Shown: positions 24,202 to 34,839 of the stretch, piece after piece
Numbering within the stretch: the first letter of the stretch is position 1
How the letters are laid out: every line of letters starts with the position of its first letter
DNA from: an uncultured Pelagibacteraceae bacterium
GTDB lineage: Bacteria > Pseudomonadota > Alphaproteobacteria > Pelagibacterales > Pelagibacteraceae
NCBI GenBank assembly: GCA_902545405.1
Contig: CACCFT010000005.1
Location: 3,493 to 67,492, forward strand
Direction of reading: 5' to 3'
Length of the DNA: 64,000 nt
Notes under the pieces: generated by a model
Seen by the model: only the letters and a program-made list of their open reading frames with translations
Told to the model about the DNA's origin: nothing
The model's database searches: none
Program-made: the position numbers and the translations under genes

Positions 24202-25265
24202 CTACTCAGTCCTCTATAATTTGAAGGAACATCCAATGGATCAAAACCAAAGTGACTTAACCATCTATAATCAGTCTCAAAAAAGGCTCTTAAATCATTA
24301 ATTCCATATTTTAACATTCCAAGTCTATCTATACCAATTCCGAAGGCATATCCTTGATATTTACTTGGATTAACTTTTACATTTTTTAAAACATTTGGAT
24401 GAACCATTCCACAGCCTAGAATTTCTAACCATTTATTACCTTCGCCAATTACTATCTTTCCATTTTTAATTTCATACCCTATATCTACTTCTGCTGAAGG
24501 TTCAGTAAATGGAAAATGACTTGGTCTAAATCTCATTTTAATTTTATCAACTTCAAAAAACTCCTTAATAAAATAATTTAAACATCCTTTTAAATGTCCC
24601 ATATTTATATTCTTATCTATATGTAATCCTTCAACTTGATGGAACATTGGAGCATGAGTTTGATCACTATCTGATCTATAAGTTCTTCCTGGTGCAATAA
24701 TCTTAAAAGGAGGCTTGCCTTTTAACATAGTTCTTACCTGAACTGGGGATGTGTGTGTTCTTAAAAGTAATTCCTTATTATTATCAAGATAAAAAGTATC
24801 ATGCATATCTCTAGCTGGATGATTATCTGGTGTATTTAATGCTGTAAAATTATTATATTCATTTTCTACATCCGGACCTTCCTCTACGCTAAATCCAATC
24901 TCGGAAAATATAGATGAAATTTCATCTATTACCTGGGAGACTGGATGAATTTTACCAATTTCAATATTTCTTTCTGGAAGAGTTACATCAATTTTTTCTT
25001 TCTCAAGCTTTAAATTAATTTCTTTAGTTTCAATTTCTTGAATTTTGATTGATATTTTATTTTGAAGTTCATCTTTAATATTATTTAAATCTGAGGCTAA
25101 TTTTTTTCTTTCCTCTACAGAAATCGAACCTAATTTTTTAAATTCGTTCGATATAATTCCATTTTTTCCAAATAGTTCGGATTTGATGTTATTTACTTTT
25201 TCAATATTATTTTCTGTATTAAGCTTATCGATATAATAATCTTTTATTTTTTTAATATCAGACAT
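24198..25265 (-). CDS. pheS: phenylalanyl-tRNA synthetase alpha subunit
   Basis: [27 protein letters not shown] and FPFTEPS. Confidence 0.98.
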   Translation of the reverse strand: MSDIKKIKDYYIDKLNTENNIEKVNNIKSELFGKNGIISNEFKKLGSISVEERKKLASDLNNIKDELQNKISIKIQEIETKEINLKLEKEKIDVTLPERNIEIGKIHPVSQVIDEISSIFSEIGFSVEEGPDVENEYNNFTALNTPDNHPARDMHDTFYLDNNKELLLRTHTSPVQVRTMLKGKPPFKIIAPGRTYRSDSDQTHAPMFHQVEGLHIDKNINMGHLKGCLNYFIKEFFEVDKIKMRFRPSHFPFTEPSAEVDIGYEIKNGKIVIGEGNKWLEILGCGMVHPNVLKNVKVNPSKYQGYAFGIGIDRLGMLKYGINDLRAFFETDYRWLSHFGFDPLDVPSNYRGLSR

Positions 25266-25308
25266 TTTAATAGAATATTTGTTAAAGGAAGAAAAACAAT
25301 AGTCTTGA

Positions 25309-25665
25309 TTAATTTAATGCTGCTCTAGCCCTTTTAACTATAGTTTTGAATGCTTCGGGGTTGTCGTAAGCAATTTCTGCAAGAATTTTTCTATCTAATT
25401 TAATTCCTGATTTGCTTAAACCATTGATAAACTTTGAATATGTTATACCTTCTGATCTGACACCAGCATTAATTCTTTGTATCCACAGTGATTTAAAATC
25501 CCTTTTTTTATTTCTTCTATCTCTATAAGCATACTGCATAGCTTTTTCCATTGCTTGTCTTGCAACTCTTATAGTATTTTTTCTTCTTCCCCACTGACCT
25601 TTAACAGCTTTTAAAACTTTTTTGTGTTTAGCTCTGCTTGTAACTCCTCTTTTAACTCTTGCCAT
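25309..25665 (-). CDS. rplT: 50S ribosomal protein L20
   Basis: [23 protein letters not shown] and LDRKILA. Confidence 0.98.
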   Translation of the reverse strand: MARVKRGVTSRAKHKKVLKAVKGQWGRRKNTIRVARQAMEKAMQYAYRDRRNKKRDFKSLWIQRINAGVRSEGITYSKFINGLSKSGIKLDRKILAEIAYDNPEAFKTIVKRARAALN

Positions 25666-25666
25666 T

Positions 25667-25873
25667 TTATCCTCTTAAGCTGTAAGGCATATAAGATTTT
25701 ACTATCTTACCATCTTGTTTGGATAAAACAGTCGTGCCTCTTTGTTTTCTAATTTGCGAATTCGTTCTTTTTATCATGCCGTGTCTTTTTCCAGCCTGTG
25801 GGGTAATAACCTTACCTTTAGCTGAGATTTTAAATCTTTTTTTAGCTGAACTTTTTGTTTTTAACTTGGGCAT
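25667..25873 (-). CDS. rpmI: 50S ribosomal protein L35
   Basis: [15 protein letters not shown]; lies between infC and rplT. Confidence 0.97.
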   Translation of the reverse strand: MPKLKTKSSAKKRFKISAKGKVITPQAGKRHGMIKRTNSQIRKQRGTTVLSKQDGKIVKSYMPYSLRG

Positions 25874-25925
25874 AATTTTCGGGGTTATACAAATATTAAA
25901 TTAAATTTACAACTAGAAATATGGC

Positions 25926-26471
25926 TTATAAAGGCTGGATTACCATAATCATTTGCTTTCCATCAAATTTTGGCTGAAGCTCTACTCTACCAATAGTCTC
26001 CATGTCTGCCTTAATTTTATCCATTAATTCATTGCCAAGGTTCGAATGTTGTAATTCTCTTCCTTTAAACCTTATTGTAAATTTGACTTTATCGCCTTTT
26101 GCCAAGAATTTCTGAGCATTTTTAATTTTGAAAGTGTAGTCATGAACTTCTGTAACTGGCCTTAATTTTATTTCTTTTAATTCAATTTTCTTTTGTTTTT
26201 TTTTTGCCTTGTTAGCTTTTTTTTGTGCGTCGTATTTATATTTACCCATGTCCATAATTTTACAGACTGGCGGTTTTGCATTTGGAGCAATTTCAATTAA
26301 ATCTAAACCTTCATTTTTTGCTTTATTGATAGCTTCATTTAAATTCAAAATTCCTAAATTTTCTCCATCACTTGCAATAACTTGAACTTCATTTGATGTA
26401 ATCCTGTTGTTAGACCTTGGGCCTCTTGCTTTAGTTCTTTTTTGAAAATAATTTTGTTTAAAATCTGCCAC
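25926..26471 (-). CDS. infC: translation initiation factor IF-3
   Basis: GLDLIEIAPNAKPPVCKIMD, KEIKLRP and GDKVKFTIRFKGRE. GTG start abuts the thrS stop. Confidence 0.96.
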   Translation of the reverse strand: MADFKQNYFQKRTKARGPRSNNRITSNEVQVIASDGENLGILNLNEAINKAKNEGLDLIEIAPNAKPPVCKIMDMGKYKYDAQKKANKAKKKQKKIELKEIKLRPVTEVHDYTFKIKNAQKFLAKGDKVKFTIRFKGRELQHSNLGNELMDKIKADMETIGRVELQPKFDGKQMIMVIQPL

Positions 26472-28391
26472 TTAGATTGAAGGGGCTTTATTTTGATCGG
26501 AGTATTTTTTTATAAATTCTTTCAAAGCCATATTTTCTTGTTTATTAGAATCCAATCTTCTAATAGTTACACTGTTGGAGTCAACTTCTTTTTTTCCACA
26601 AATCAATAACATTGGTACTTTTGTTAAAGAATGATCTCTTATTTTATAATTTAAATTGTGATTTTTAAGATCCACCTCGACAATCAAACCACTCCGTTTT
26701 AATTCCTTAGCTACACTTTTAGCATATTCATCAAAATCACTAGAGATTGGAATAACTACTGCCTGTAAAGGTGATATCCAAAATGGCAGCTTGCCTGCAT
26801 AATTCTCTATAAGGATACCTATGAACCTTTCTAAAGATCCAAATAATGCTCTGTGTAACATTACGGGTACTTTTTTAGTTCCATCTTTATCAACAAAAGA
26901 AGCTCCTAATCTACCTGGTAAATTTAAATCTACCTGCAAGGTTCCACACTGCCAATCTCTGCCGATTGCATCTCTTAAAACAAATTCAATTTTTGGTCCA
27001 TAAAATGCTCCCTCACCTTTATTAATTGAGTACTCTAACTTAGTCGCTTTGATTGCCTCTAACAACGCAGCCTCTGACTTATCCCAAACCTTATCGTCTC
27101 CAACTCTTAAATCTGGTCTATCTGAATATTTTAAAATAACATCTTCAAAACCAAGATCTTTATAAATTTCTAAAATTAAATTTGTAACACTCAAACATTC
27201 TTCAGTAATTTGTTCTTCCGTACAAAAAATATGTGCATCATCTTGAGTAAAGGCTCTTACGCGTAATAATCCATGCAATGCACCTGAGGGTTCATATCTG
27301 TGAACTTTTCCAAATTCTGACATCTTTAAAGGTAAGTCTCTATAACTTTTAAGTCCTTGATTAAATACTTGAACACAACCAGGACAATTCATTGGTTTAA
27401 TTGCAAATACTTTTTCATCTGGTGTAGTTGAAGTATACATATTAGCTCCAAATTTTTCCCAGTGGCCAGATTTTTCCCATAAAGATCTATCAAGTATTTC
27501 TGGCGTATTTATCTCTTTGTAACCATCTTGATCTTGTTTCATTCTCATATAAGAAACTAATTTTTGGAACAAATTCCATCCTTTCTGATGCCAAAACACA
27601 GATCCAGGACTTTCTTCTCTAAAATGAAATAAATCCATCTCTTTTCCAATTTTTCTATGATCTCTTTTTTCTGCCTCCTCAATTCTCTGAAGATAAAGGT
27701 CTAATTCTTTTTGAGTTGCCCAACCAGTACCATATATTCTTTGAAGCATTTCATTATTAGAGTCACCACGCCAATAAGCTCCAGATACTTTTGTCAATTT
27801 AAAAGCCTTACCTATTTTACCAGAAGATACTAAATGAGGACCTCTACATAAATCATGCCAAGTTTCGCCATGATGATAAACCGTAAGTTCTTCGTTTTTA
27901 GGAATGCTCTCAATTATCTCAGCTTTATATTTTTCTCCAATTTTTTTAAAATGACTTATTGCTTTATCTCTCTCCCAAACTTCTTTTCTTGTTTTTACAT
28001 CTTTATCTATTATCTCTGACATTTTTTTTTCAATCTTTTTTAGATCATCGCTAGTAAAAGGCTCTTTTCTTGCAAAATCATAGTAAAATCCATTTTCTAT
28101 AACTGGCCCAATTGTTACCTGTGTACCTGGGTATAGTTCTTGGACAGCCATAGCCATTATATGTGCAGTGTCATGTCTAATTACTTCTAAACCCTCTGGA
28201 TCTTTAGCTGTGAATATTTCAATAGAACAATCTTGATCAATAACAGTATATAAATCTTTAAGTTCACCGTTTATGCTCATCACCAAAGCTTGCTTGCCTA
28301 AAGACTTACTAATTTTTTCAGCAACCTCTGTGCCTGTTATACTTTTTTCAAAGTTTAATTTTTTTCCATCAGGTAAAGTAATATTTGGCAT
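26472..28391 (-). CDS. thrS: threonyl-tRNA synthetase
   Basis: ITLPDG, DLCRGPH, KPMNCP, FYGPK and HRALFGSLERF. Confidence 0.98.
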   Translation of the reverse strand: MPNITLPDGKKLNFEKSITGTEVAEKISKSLGKQALVMSINGELKDLYTVIDQDCSIEIFTAKDPEGLEVIRHDTAHIMAMAVQELYPGTQVTIGPVIENGFYYDFARKEPFTSDDLKKIEKKMSEIIDKDVKTRKEVWERDKAISHFKKIGEKYKAEIIESIPKNEELTVYHHGETWHDLCRGPHLVSSGKIGKAFKLTKVSGAYWRGDSNNEMLQRIYGTGWATQKELDLYLQRIEEAEKRDHRKIGKEMDLFHFREESPGSVFWHQKGWNLFQKLVSYMRMKQDQDGYKEINTPEILDRSLWEKSGHWEKFGANMYTSTTPDEKVFAIKPMNCPGCVQVFNQGLKSYRDLPLKMSEFGKVHRYEPSGALHGLLRVRAFTQDDAHIFCTEEQITEECLSVTNLILEIYKDLGFEDVILKYSDRPDLRVGDDKVWDKSEAALLEAIKATKLEYSINKGEGAFYGPKIEFVLRDAIGRDWQCGTLQVDLNLPGRLGASFVDKDGTKKVPVMLHRALFGSLERFIGILIENYAGKLPFWISPLQAVVIPISSDFDEYAKSVAKELKRSGLIVEVDLKNHNLNYKIRDHSLTKVPMLLICGKKEVDSNSVTIRRLDSNKQENMALKEFIKKYSDQNKAPSI

Positions 28392-29545
28392 TAGTTTATT
28401 AATTTTTTATACTCTGAATAAGTAGAAAAACACATTTTTTCAACATTAAATTTTGAAACGACATTTTTTCTACCTTCTATACCCATTTGATTGATAGTCT
28501 GTTCATCTAAATTCATAATTTCTATTAATTTTTTTGAAAGATCGTCAGAGTTATTTGCTTCAAATAAAAATCCTGTTTTATTATCATTTATAGTCTCTTT
28601 TGATCCCCCAATATTACTTGCAACAATTGGTTTTTTCATTGCCTGAGCCTCAACAGATATTCTTCCGAAGGCTTCTGGTTCTATAGATGAAGAAACTATG
28701 ATGTCTGAAACTTTGTAAGCTAGAGGCATATTTTTACAATGATCTATAAATTTTACTTGGTTAGTTAATCTATACTGTTCAACTAACCTAATAAGTTTCT
28801 TTTTGTAAAGTTCTCTTCCTTGATCGCTCCCAAGAATAATTACATTAAATACCTCGTGTCCTAAATTAATATTTACTTTATTAATAGCATCTAAAAACAT
28901 TTCTTGGCCTTTCCATTCCGTTAATCTTCCAGGCAATAGAACAGTTTTTCTTTCAATTTTAAGTCCCCATGATTTAAATAATTCATCTTCCTCTGTTTCT
29001 ATAGTAGTTGATGGATCAAAATAATCAGTATTAATGCCTCTAAATATCACCAAGAATTTTTTTTTATCATTAAGGTATTCAGAGTAGTTTTCTTTAATAT
29101 GTGAAAATATAAAATTAGACCCAGCAATAATTAAATCTGATCTCAACATTACAGAATTATATAATTTTTTTAATTTACTTTTAAAATTATATGTTCCATG
29201 AAATGTAGTTACAAATTTACATCGTGTGATTTTGGTAGCTAGCAAACAAGACCATGCAGGCGCTCTACTTCTCGCGTGGACAATATTAATTCCATAAAAT
29301 AAAATTATTAAAGAAATAATTATTGAATTAAAAAAAACCAAAATGGGGTTTTTGGAATTAACAGGTAGCCTTATATATTTAACTTTTTTTTTATCTATAA
29401 ACTTTGTTAATTCACCACCGTTGCAAATTAAAAAAGATTTACAATCATTTTCATGTAGATAGTGTGCGATATCATAACAACCTGTTTCTGCACCACCGTA
29501 TCCAAGTTTAGGTATAACTTGCAGAACTTTCAATTTTGGGTGCAT
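28391..29545 (-). CDS. GT4 family glycosyltransferase
   Basis: GGAE, HARSRAPAW, TTFHG, PGRLTEWKGQ and EAFGRISVEAQA. Confidence 0.92.
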   Translation of the reverse strand: MHPKLKVLQVIPKLGYGGAETGCYDIAHYLHENDCKSFLICNGGELTKFIDKKKVKYIRLPVNSKNPILVFFNSIIISLIILFYGINIVHARSRAPAWSCLLATKITRCKFVTTFHGTYNFKSKLKKLYNSVMLRSDLIIAGSNFIFSHIKENYSEYLNDKKKFLVIFRGINTDYFDPSTTIETEEDELFKSWGLKIERKTVLLPGRLTEWKGQEMFLDAINKVNINLGHEVFNVIILGSDQGRELYKKKLIRLVEQYRLTNQVKFIDHCKNMPLAYKVSDIIVSSSIEPEAFGRISVEAQAMKKPIVASNIGGSKETINDNKTGFLFEANNSDDLSKKLIEIMNLDEQTINQMGIEGRKNVVSKFNVEKMCFSTYSEYKKLIN

Positions 29546-29587
29546 ATGGTAGAGTTATAATATTTCAAATCAATTTTAATACTTTAT

Positions 29588-30350
29588 ATGAAAAAATTTA
29601 AATTTCTAAAAATTTCTAAAACAAAAAAACTAAGATATATAAGCAATTATTATAAGAAAAATCTTTATATTATATTTTTGCCAGGTTTTGCATCCGATAT
29701 AGAAGGAGATAAACCTAAAAGATTTTTAAACTATGCTAAAAAAAATAAATTGGGTTTTTTGGCACTAGAATATTCTGGATACGGAAAATCTTCAGGTGAA
29801 TTTACAAAAGGGAATATTTCCACTTGGGCAAATGATGCAAAACAGACTATTAAGAATATAGTTAAAAAAAATGATATAATTTTAATAGGTTCTAGTATGG
29901 GTGCTTGGATTTCTTTATTATTATTTAAATCAATCAAGAAACAGATTAAAGGCTTTATAGGAATTGGCTCTGCTCCAGAATTTTTAACAAGAATAATGTG
30001 GAAAAAATTTTCAAAAAAAGACAAAGAGTGAAATTATCAAAAAAGGTATTAGCAAAATTAAAAATGGTGGGTATGAGTATCTCATAACAAATCAATTAAT
30101 TAAAGATGGAAGAAAAAAACAAAATAAAGTTTTGAATGTTAAAATTCCGATGAAAATAGCTGTTACTATGGTGCATGGTCAAAAAGATGAAGTTGTACCA
30201 ATTAAATACTCAAGAAAAGTTTTAAAAATCTTCAGCAAAGCAAAAAAAAAATTAAATATAATTAAGAGGGGTGACCATAGTCTCTCGTCAAAAAAAAATC
30301 TAAACATTATTTGTAAAGAGTTAGATAGTATTATTAAAAATACTAACTAG
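29588..30350 (+). pseudogene. alpha/beta-hydrolase split by a +1 frameshift (or a homopolymer sequencing error)
   Basis: The N-half has GSSMG and the C-half has HGQKDEVVP and GDHSLS. Deleting one A from the A7 run at 30013-30019 restores a continuous 253-aa ORF. Confidence 0.8.
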
Positions 30351-33300
30351 CTTGACCGACTAATTTTTTGTTTGATATAGGATTTTCTAACTTATCTAAC
30401 ATTTCTTTTGGACAAACTTGGACGAAATTATTTATTTCATTTTCAAAATTCTCAACGATTTTTTTCGAGATTGTTGAATTTGTTTCTATTGCATGCTCTT
30501 GAATTAATTTCCTTAGGTGCTCAATCCAAAATTTAGTTTCTGGAGTTTGCCAAACTACACTTTCAGGATTTACTTTTTTGTCAAATTGATTTTCAGGGTC
30601 ATAAATAAATGCCATACCTCCTGTCATACCAGCTCCAAAATTATCGCCAATATCTCCTAATATAATAATGTTTCCACCTGTCATGTATTCACAGCCATTT
30701 GAATCACAACCTTCTACTACTGCAGTTGCACCTGAATTTCTAACAGCAAATCTCTCTCCTGCTTGTCCTGCAGCTAATAACTTTCCTGAAGTAGCTCCAT
30801 ACAAAACAGTATTTCCAATAATAGTATTTTCATTTGAAACAAGGTTGCTTTCATCTTGTAATTTAATCACAATAGTTCCACCTGATAATCCTTTGGCAAC
30901 ATAATCATTTGCATCCCCTTTTAAAATTAGTTTTAATCCTTTAATAGCAAAAGCACCAAAGGATTGGCCTGCTGAACCTTTAAAATTTAATTCGATCGAA
31001 TTTTCATCAAGATTGTTATTTCCAAATTTTTTGTACAAATGATAAGAAATTCTAGTACCAACTGCTCTATCAGTATTTTGAATTTCAAATTCTTGATTTA
31101 TTTTTTCTTTTTTATCTATTTTGTCTTCTATTTCTGGCCATAATTTTTGATCTAAAGTATCTGGAACAGAATTAATTTCAGGTTTCTCACAATATCTTTT
31201 ATTTTTTCCAGGATCTGCCTGAACAAAAAGAGGATTTAAGTCTAGATCATCCAAGTTTGGTGATCCTTTGCTTACTTGCCTTAGTAAGTCAGTTCTTCCA
31301 ATTACTTCATTTAAAGATTTGAAACCAAGATCAGCAAGTATTTCTCTTACTTCCTGTGCTATAAATGTAAAAAGGTTTACTACTTTTTCAGGAGTTCCTG
31401 TAAATTTCTCTCTTAATTTATCATCTTGTGTGCAAACACCCACTGGACATGTATTTGAATGACATTGTCTGACCATTATACATCCCATTGCGACTAAAGC
31501 AGTTGTTGCTACACCAAATTCTTCTGCTCCCATCATAGATGCAATTACAACATCTCTTCCTGTTTTTATTCCACCGTCAGTTCTAAGCGTCACTTGATGT
31601 CTCAAGTTATTTAAAGTCAATACCTGATTTGCTTCTGTTAATCCCATCTCCCAAGGAACTCCAACATATTTAACGCTTGTCTGTGGAGTGGCTCCTGTAC
31701 CTCCTGAGTGCCCTGAGATTAAAATTATGTCTGCTTTAGCTTTTGCAACTCCAGCAGCTATCGTTCCAATTCCTGATGAAGCAACTAATTTAACTCCAAC
31801 CCTAGCCTTAGGATTTATTTGTTTTAAATCATAAATTAATTGAGCTAGATCTTCTATTGAGTAAATATCATGATGTGGTGGAGGTGATATTAAAGTAACT
31901 CCTGGCGTTGAGTGTCTCAATCTCGCAATTTCATCCGTAACTTTAAAACCTGGTAATTGTCCACCTTCACCTGGTTTAGCGCCCTGTGCAATTTTGATTT
32001 CAATCTCATTACAATTATTTAAGTAATTAATTGTTACTCCAAATCTAGCTGATGCAATTTGTTTAACCCTTGAATTTGCACTATCTCCATTCTCCATAAT
32101 CTTAAATCTTTTTTCATCTTCTCCACCTTCACCACTACAAGATGCGCCTTTAATTCTGTTCATACCAACAGCAAGGGTTTCATGTGCTTCTTTAGATAAA
32201 GCTCCATGAGACATACTTCCACTTCCAAATCTTTTTAATATATTAGATGCAGGCTCAACATTAGATATATCGATGGGATTTTTAGATTTAAAATCTACTA
32301 AATCTCTTAAACTTATTGGATTTAGATTATAAATACCTTTTGTGTATTTTTTATATATTTCATAAGATCCTTGTCCAACCGCAGTTTGCAGTAAATGAAT
32401 TAGTTTGCCTTGATACTGATGTGTTTCACCATTTTTTCTATATCTGTAAATACCTCCAATAGGTAAAATATTTGAATTATTGAAAAATGCTTCTTTGTGT
32501 ATAGTTCTGATTTTCTTTTCTATTCCTTTTAAACCAATTCCAGAAATCTTTGATAACATCCCAGGAAAGTAATCTTTCACAATTGTTCTGCTTAGTCCCA
32601 CAGTTTCAAAATTACATCCGCCTCTATAAGAACTTAAAACAGAAATTCCCATTTTAGACATTATTTTAAGAAGACCGAGATTGACTGATTTAATGTATCT
32701 TGAAACACATTCATCAAAAGTGAAATTTCCAAATAATTTCTTAGAATGTCTTTGATATAAGCTATCAAAAGCTAAATAAGGGTTCACTGTAGTAGCACCA
32801 ACACCAATTAATGTTGCAAAAGAGTGAGTATCTAAAGCATCTCCAGTTTGAACATTAATAGAAACATAGCCTCTTAAACCTAATTTAACTAAATGTGTAT
32901 TTATTGCCCCTATACATAAAAGCATTGGCATTGGCATTCTATTTTCTGAAATATTTTTATCTGATAATATTATTTGTTTAATTCCCTCTCTAACAGCTTG
33001 TTCAGATTTAACTTTGAGTAAATTTATTGATGTCTCTAAATCATCATCTTTGCTGAATGTACAATCTAAAACTTTATTATTATTTCCAAAGAATTTCAAA
33101 AATTTTTCAAATTGTGCATTTGATAATATCGGACTATTTAAGACATAAATATTGTCTTTAGTTAATTTACTAAAATCTAAAATATTACCAAGATTTCCAA
33201 ATCTTGTCTTTAAACTCATAACTTTATTTTCTCTAAGAGAATCAATTGGTGGATTTGTAACCTGACTAAAGTTTTGTCTAAAGTAATGATATAGTGGTCT

Positions 33301-34839
33301 ATATTTGTCAGATAAAACTGCTAAAGGCGTGTCATCACCCATTGAGCCTGTTGCTTCTTTAGCATCTTCTGCCATTGGATGAAGAATTAATTCTAAATCT
33401 TCTATGCTATATCCAAAACAATGTTGAAAATTCCTCAAACTTTGGCCTTCTAACTCTACTTTTTCAGTTTCTGCCTCTAATTTTTTATCAAGATCAATAA
33501 TCTGATTGTTGTAATGCTTATATTCTTTTGAAAGGTAGTTTTTTATTTCATCGTTTGAATATACTTTACCTTTTTCTATTCTTACTCCTAAAATTTCTCC
33601 AGGTCCTAATCTTCCTTTAGATACAATTTTTTTCTCATTTAAATCTATCATTCCTGTTTCACTTCCTGCAAAAAGAAGTTTGTCTCTTGTCACTGTATAT
33701 CTAAGTGGTCTTAATCCATTTCTATCGGTTGCAACAATTACCCATTCATTATCTGTTGCAGCTATAGCAGCTGGCCCATCCCAAGGCTCCATGGTACTAT
33801 TTAAAAAATTGAATAGTTGTTGATGATCTTTTTTTAATACCTTATTTTTTTTTGACCAAGCGTCTGGTATTAACATTAATTTTGCTAGAGGAGCAGGTTG
33901 TCCAGAAATATTTAATAACTCAAAAACATTATCTAATGAAGCAGAGTCAGAATTTCCAGCTGGTATTACAGGCTTAAGATTCTCTATATCTTCGAAAACT
34001 GGACTAAACATCTCTTCTTCGTGAACCTTCATCCAATTAACATTTCCTTTAAGGGTATTTATTTCACCGTTATGCGCTATAGATCTAAACGGTTGAGCTA
34101 AGTCCCAACTAGGCGCAGTATTGGTTGAAAATCTTTGGTGAAATATTGCATACCTAGATATAAATCTTCCATCTTTTAAGTCAGTATAAAAATCTGACAA
34201 AGCTTCTGCTAAAAACATTCCTTTATAAATGATAGATTTAGAACTAAATGAACATATATAAAAATTATTTAATTGATTATTGAGAGCTTCTTTTTCAATT
34301 ACTCTTCTAGTTTCATACAATTTTTGTTCCAGAGATTTATTGACAACTTTTTTGTCATTGTACGTGAACAATACTTGAGTAATTTCAGGTCTTGTTTGTT
34401 CAGCTTTTTCTCCTAAGACAGAGGGGTCAACAGGAACTTGTCTCCAGCCATAGATACTAAAATTTCTTTTTGTTAGTTCACTTTCAACAATAGTTCTACA
34501 TTGCTCTTGAGCACTATAATCATTTCTTGGCAAGAAAATCATACCCACACATAGTTCAGAATTATCATGTTTATGACCAGTGACTTCAATTTTTTCCTCA
34601 AAGAAATCTTTAGGAATTTCAATATGGATTCCAGCACCATCTCCTGTTTTTCCGTCTGCATCGATTGCACCCCTATGCCAAACAGCTTTTAAGGCATCGA
34701 TTCCATATTCTACGACTTTTCTTGATTTTAGACCTTCGGTAGATGCTACTAAACCTACACCACATGCATCATGTTCCATTTCTTCCGAGTAAACATGATT
34801 ACTTTTTAAAATTTTTAAATTTTTGTTTCTTAACTTCAT
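30343..34839 (-). CDS. gltB: glutamate synthase large subunit
   Basis: EHDA|CGVG, HQRFSTNT, HNGEIN, QGAKPGEGGQLPG, C-x5-C-x4-C cluster and GCEYMTGG. Confidence 0.98.
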   Translation of the reverse strand: MKLRNKNLKILKSNHVYSEEMEHDACGVGLVASTEGLKSRKVVEYGIDALKAVWHRGAIDADGKTGDGAGIHIEIPKDFFEEKIEVTGHKHDNSELCVGMIFLPRNDYSAQEQCRTIVESELTKRNFSIYGWRQVPVDPSVLGEKAEQTRPEITQVLFTYNDKKVVNKSLEQKLYETRRVIEKEALNNQLNNFYICSFSSKSIIYKGMFLAEALSDFYTDLKDGRFISRYAIFHQRFSTNTAPSWDLAQPFRSIAHNGEINTLKGNVNWMKVHEEEMFSPVFEDIENLKPVIPAGNSDSASLDNVFELLNISGQPAPLAKLMLIPDAWSKKNKVLKKDHQQLFNFLNSTMEPWDGPAAIAATDNEWVIVATDRNGLRPLRYTVTRDKLLFAGSETGMIDLNEKKIVSKGRLGPGEILGVRIEKGKVYSNDEIKNYLSKEYKHYNNQIIDLDKKLEAETEKVELEGQSLRNFQHCFGYSIEDLELILHPMAEDAKEATGSMGDDTPLAVLSDKYRPLYHYFRQNFSQVTNPPIDSLRENKVMSLKTRFGNLGNILDFSKLTKDNIYVLNSPILSNAQFEKFLKFFGNNNKVLDCTFSKDDDLETSINLLKVKSEQAVREGIKQIILSDKNISENRMPMPMLLCIGAINTHLVKLGLRGYVSINVQTGDALDTHSFATLIGVGATTVNPYLAFDSLYQRHSKKLFGNFTFDECVSRYIKSVNLGLLKIMSKMGISVLSSYRGGCNFETVGLSRTIVKDYFPGMLSKISGIGLKGIEKKIRTIHKEAFFNNSNILPIGGIYRYRKNGETHQYQGKLIHLLQTAVGQGSYEIYKKYTKGIYNLNPISLRDLVDFKSKNPIDISNVEPASNILKRFGSGSMSHGALSKEAHETLAVGMNRIKGASCSGEGGEDEKRFKIMENGDSANSRVKQIASARFGVTINYLNNCNEIEIKIAQGAKPGEGGQLPGFKVTDEIARLRHSTPGVTLISPPPHHDIYSIEDLAQLIYDLKQINPKARVGVKLVASSGIGTIAAGVAKAKADIILISGHSGGTGATPQTSVKYVGVPWEMGLTEANQVLTLNNLRHQVTLRTDGGIKTGRDVVIASMMGAEEFGVATTALVAMGCIMVRQCHSNTCPVGVCTQDDKLREKFTGTPEKVVNLFTFIAQEVREILADLGFKSLNEVIGRTDLLRQVSKGSPNLDDLDLNPLFVQADPGKNKRYCEKPEINSVPDTLDQKLWPEIEDKIDKKEKINQEFEIQNTDRAVGTRISYHLYKKFGNNNLDENSIELNFKGSAGQSFGAFAIKGLKLILKGDANDYVAKGLSGGTIVIKLQDESNLVSNENTIIGNTVLYGATSGKLLAAGQAGERFAVRNSGATAVVEGCDSNGCEYMTGGNIIILGDIGDNFGAGMTGGMAFIYDPENQFDKKVNPESVVWQTPETKFWIEHLRKLIQEHAIETNSTISKKIVENFENEINNFVQVCPKEMLDKLENPISNKKLVGQAS

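Noticed and set aside
25266-25308. pheM-like attenuator before pheS, or L20 leader before rpmI (25874-25925)
   Set aside because: Spacers are short, with no Phe-rich leader ORF or convincing stem.
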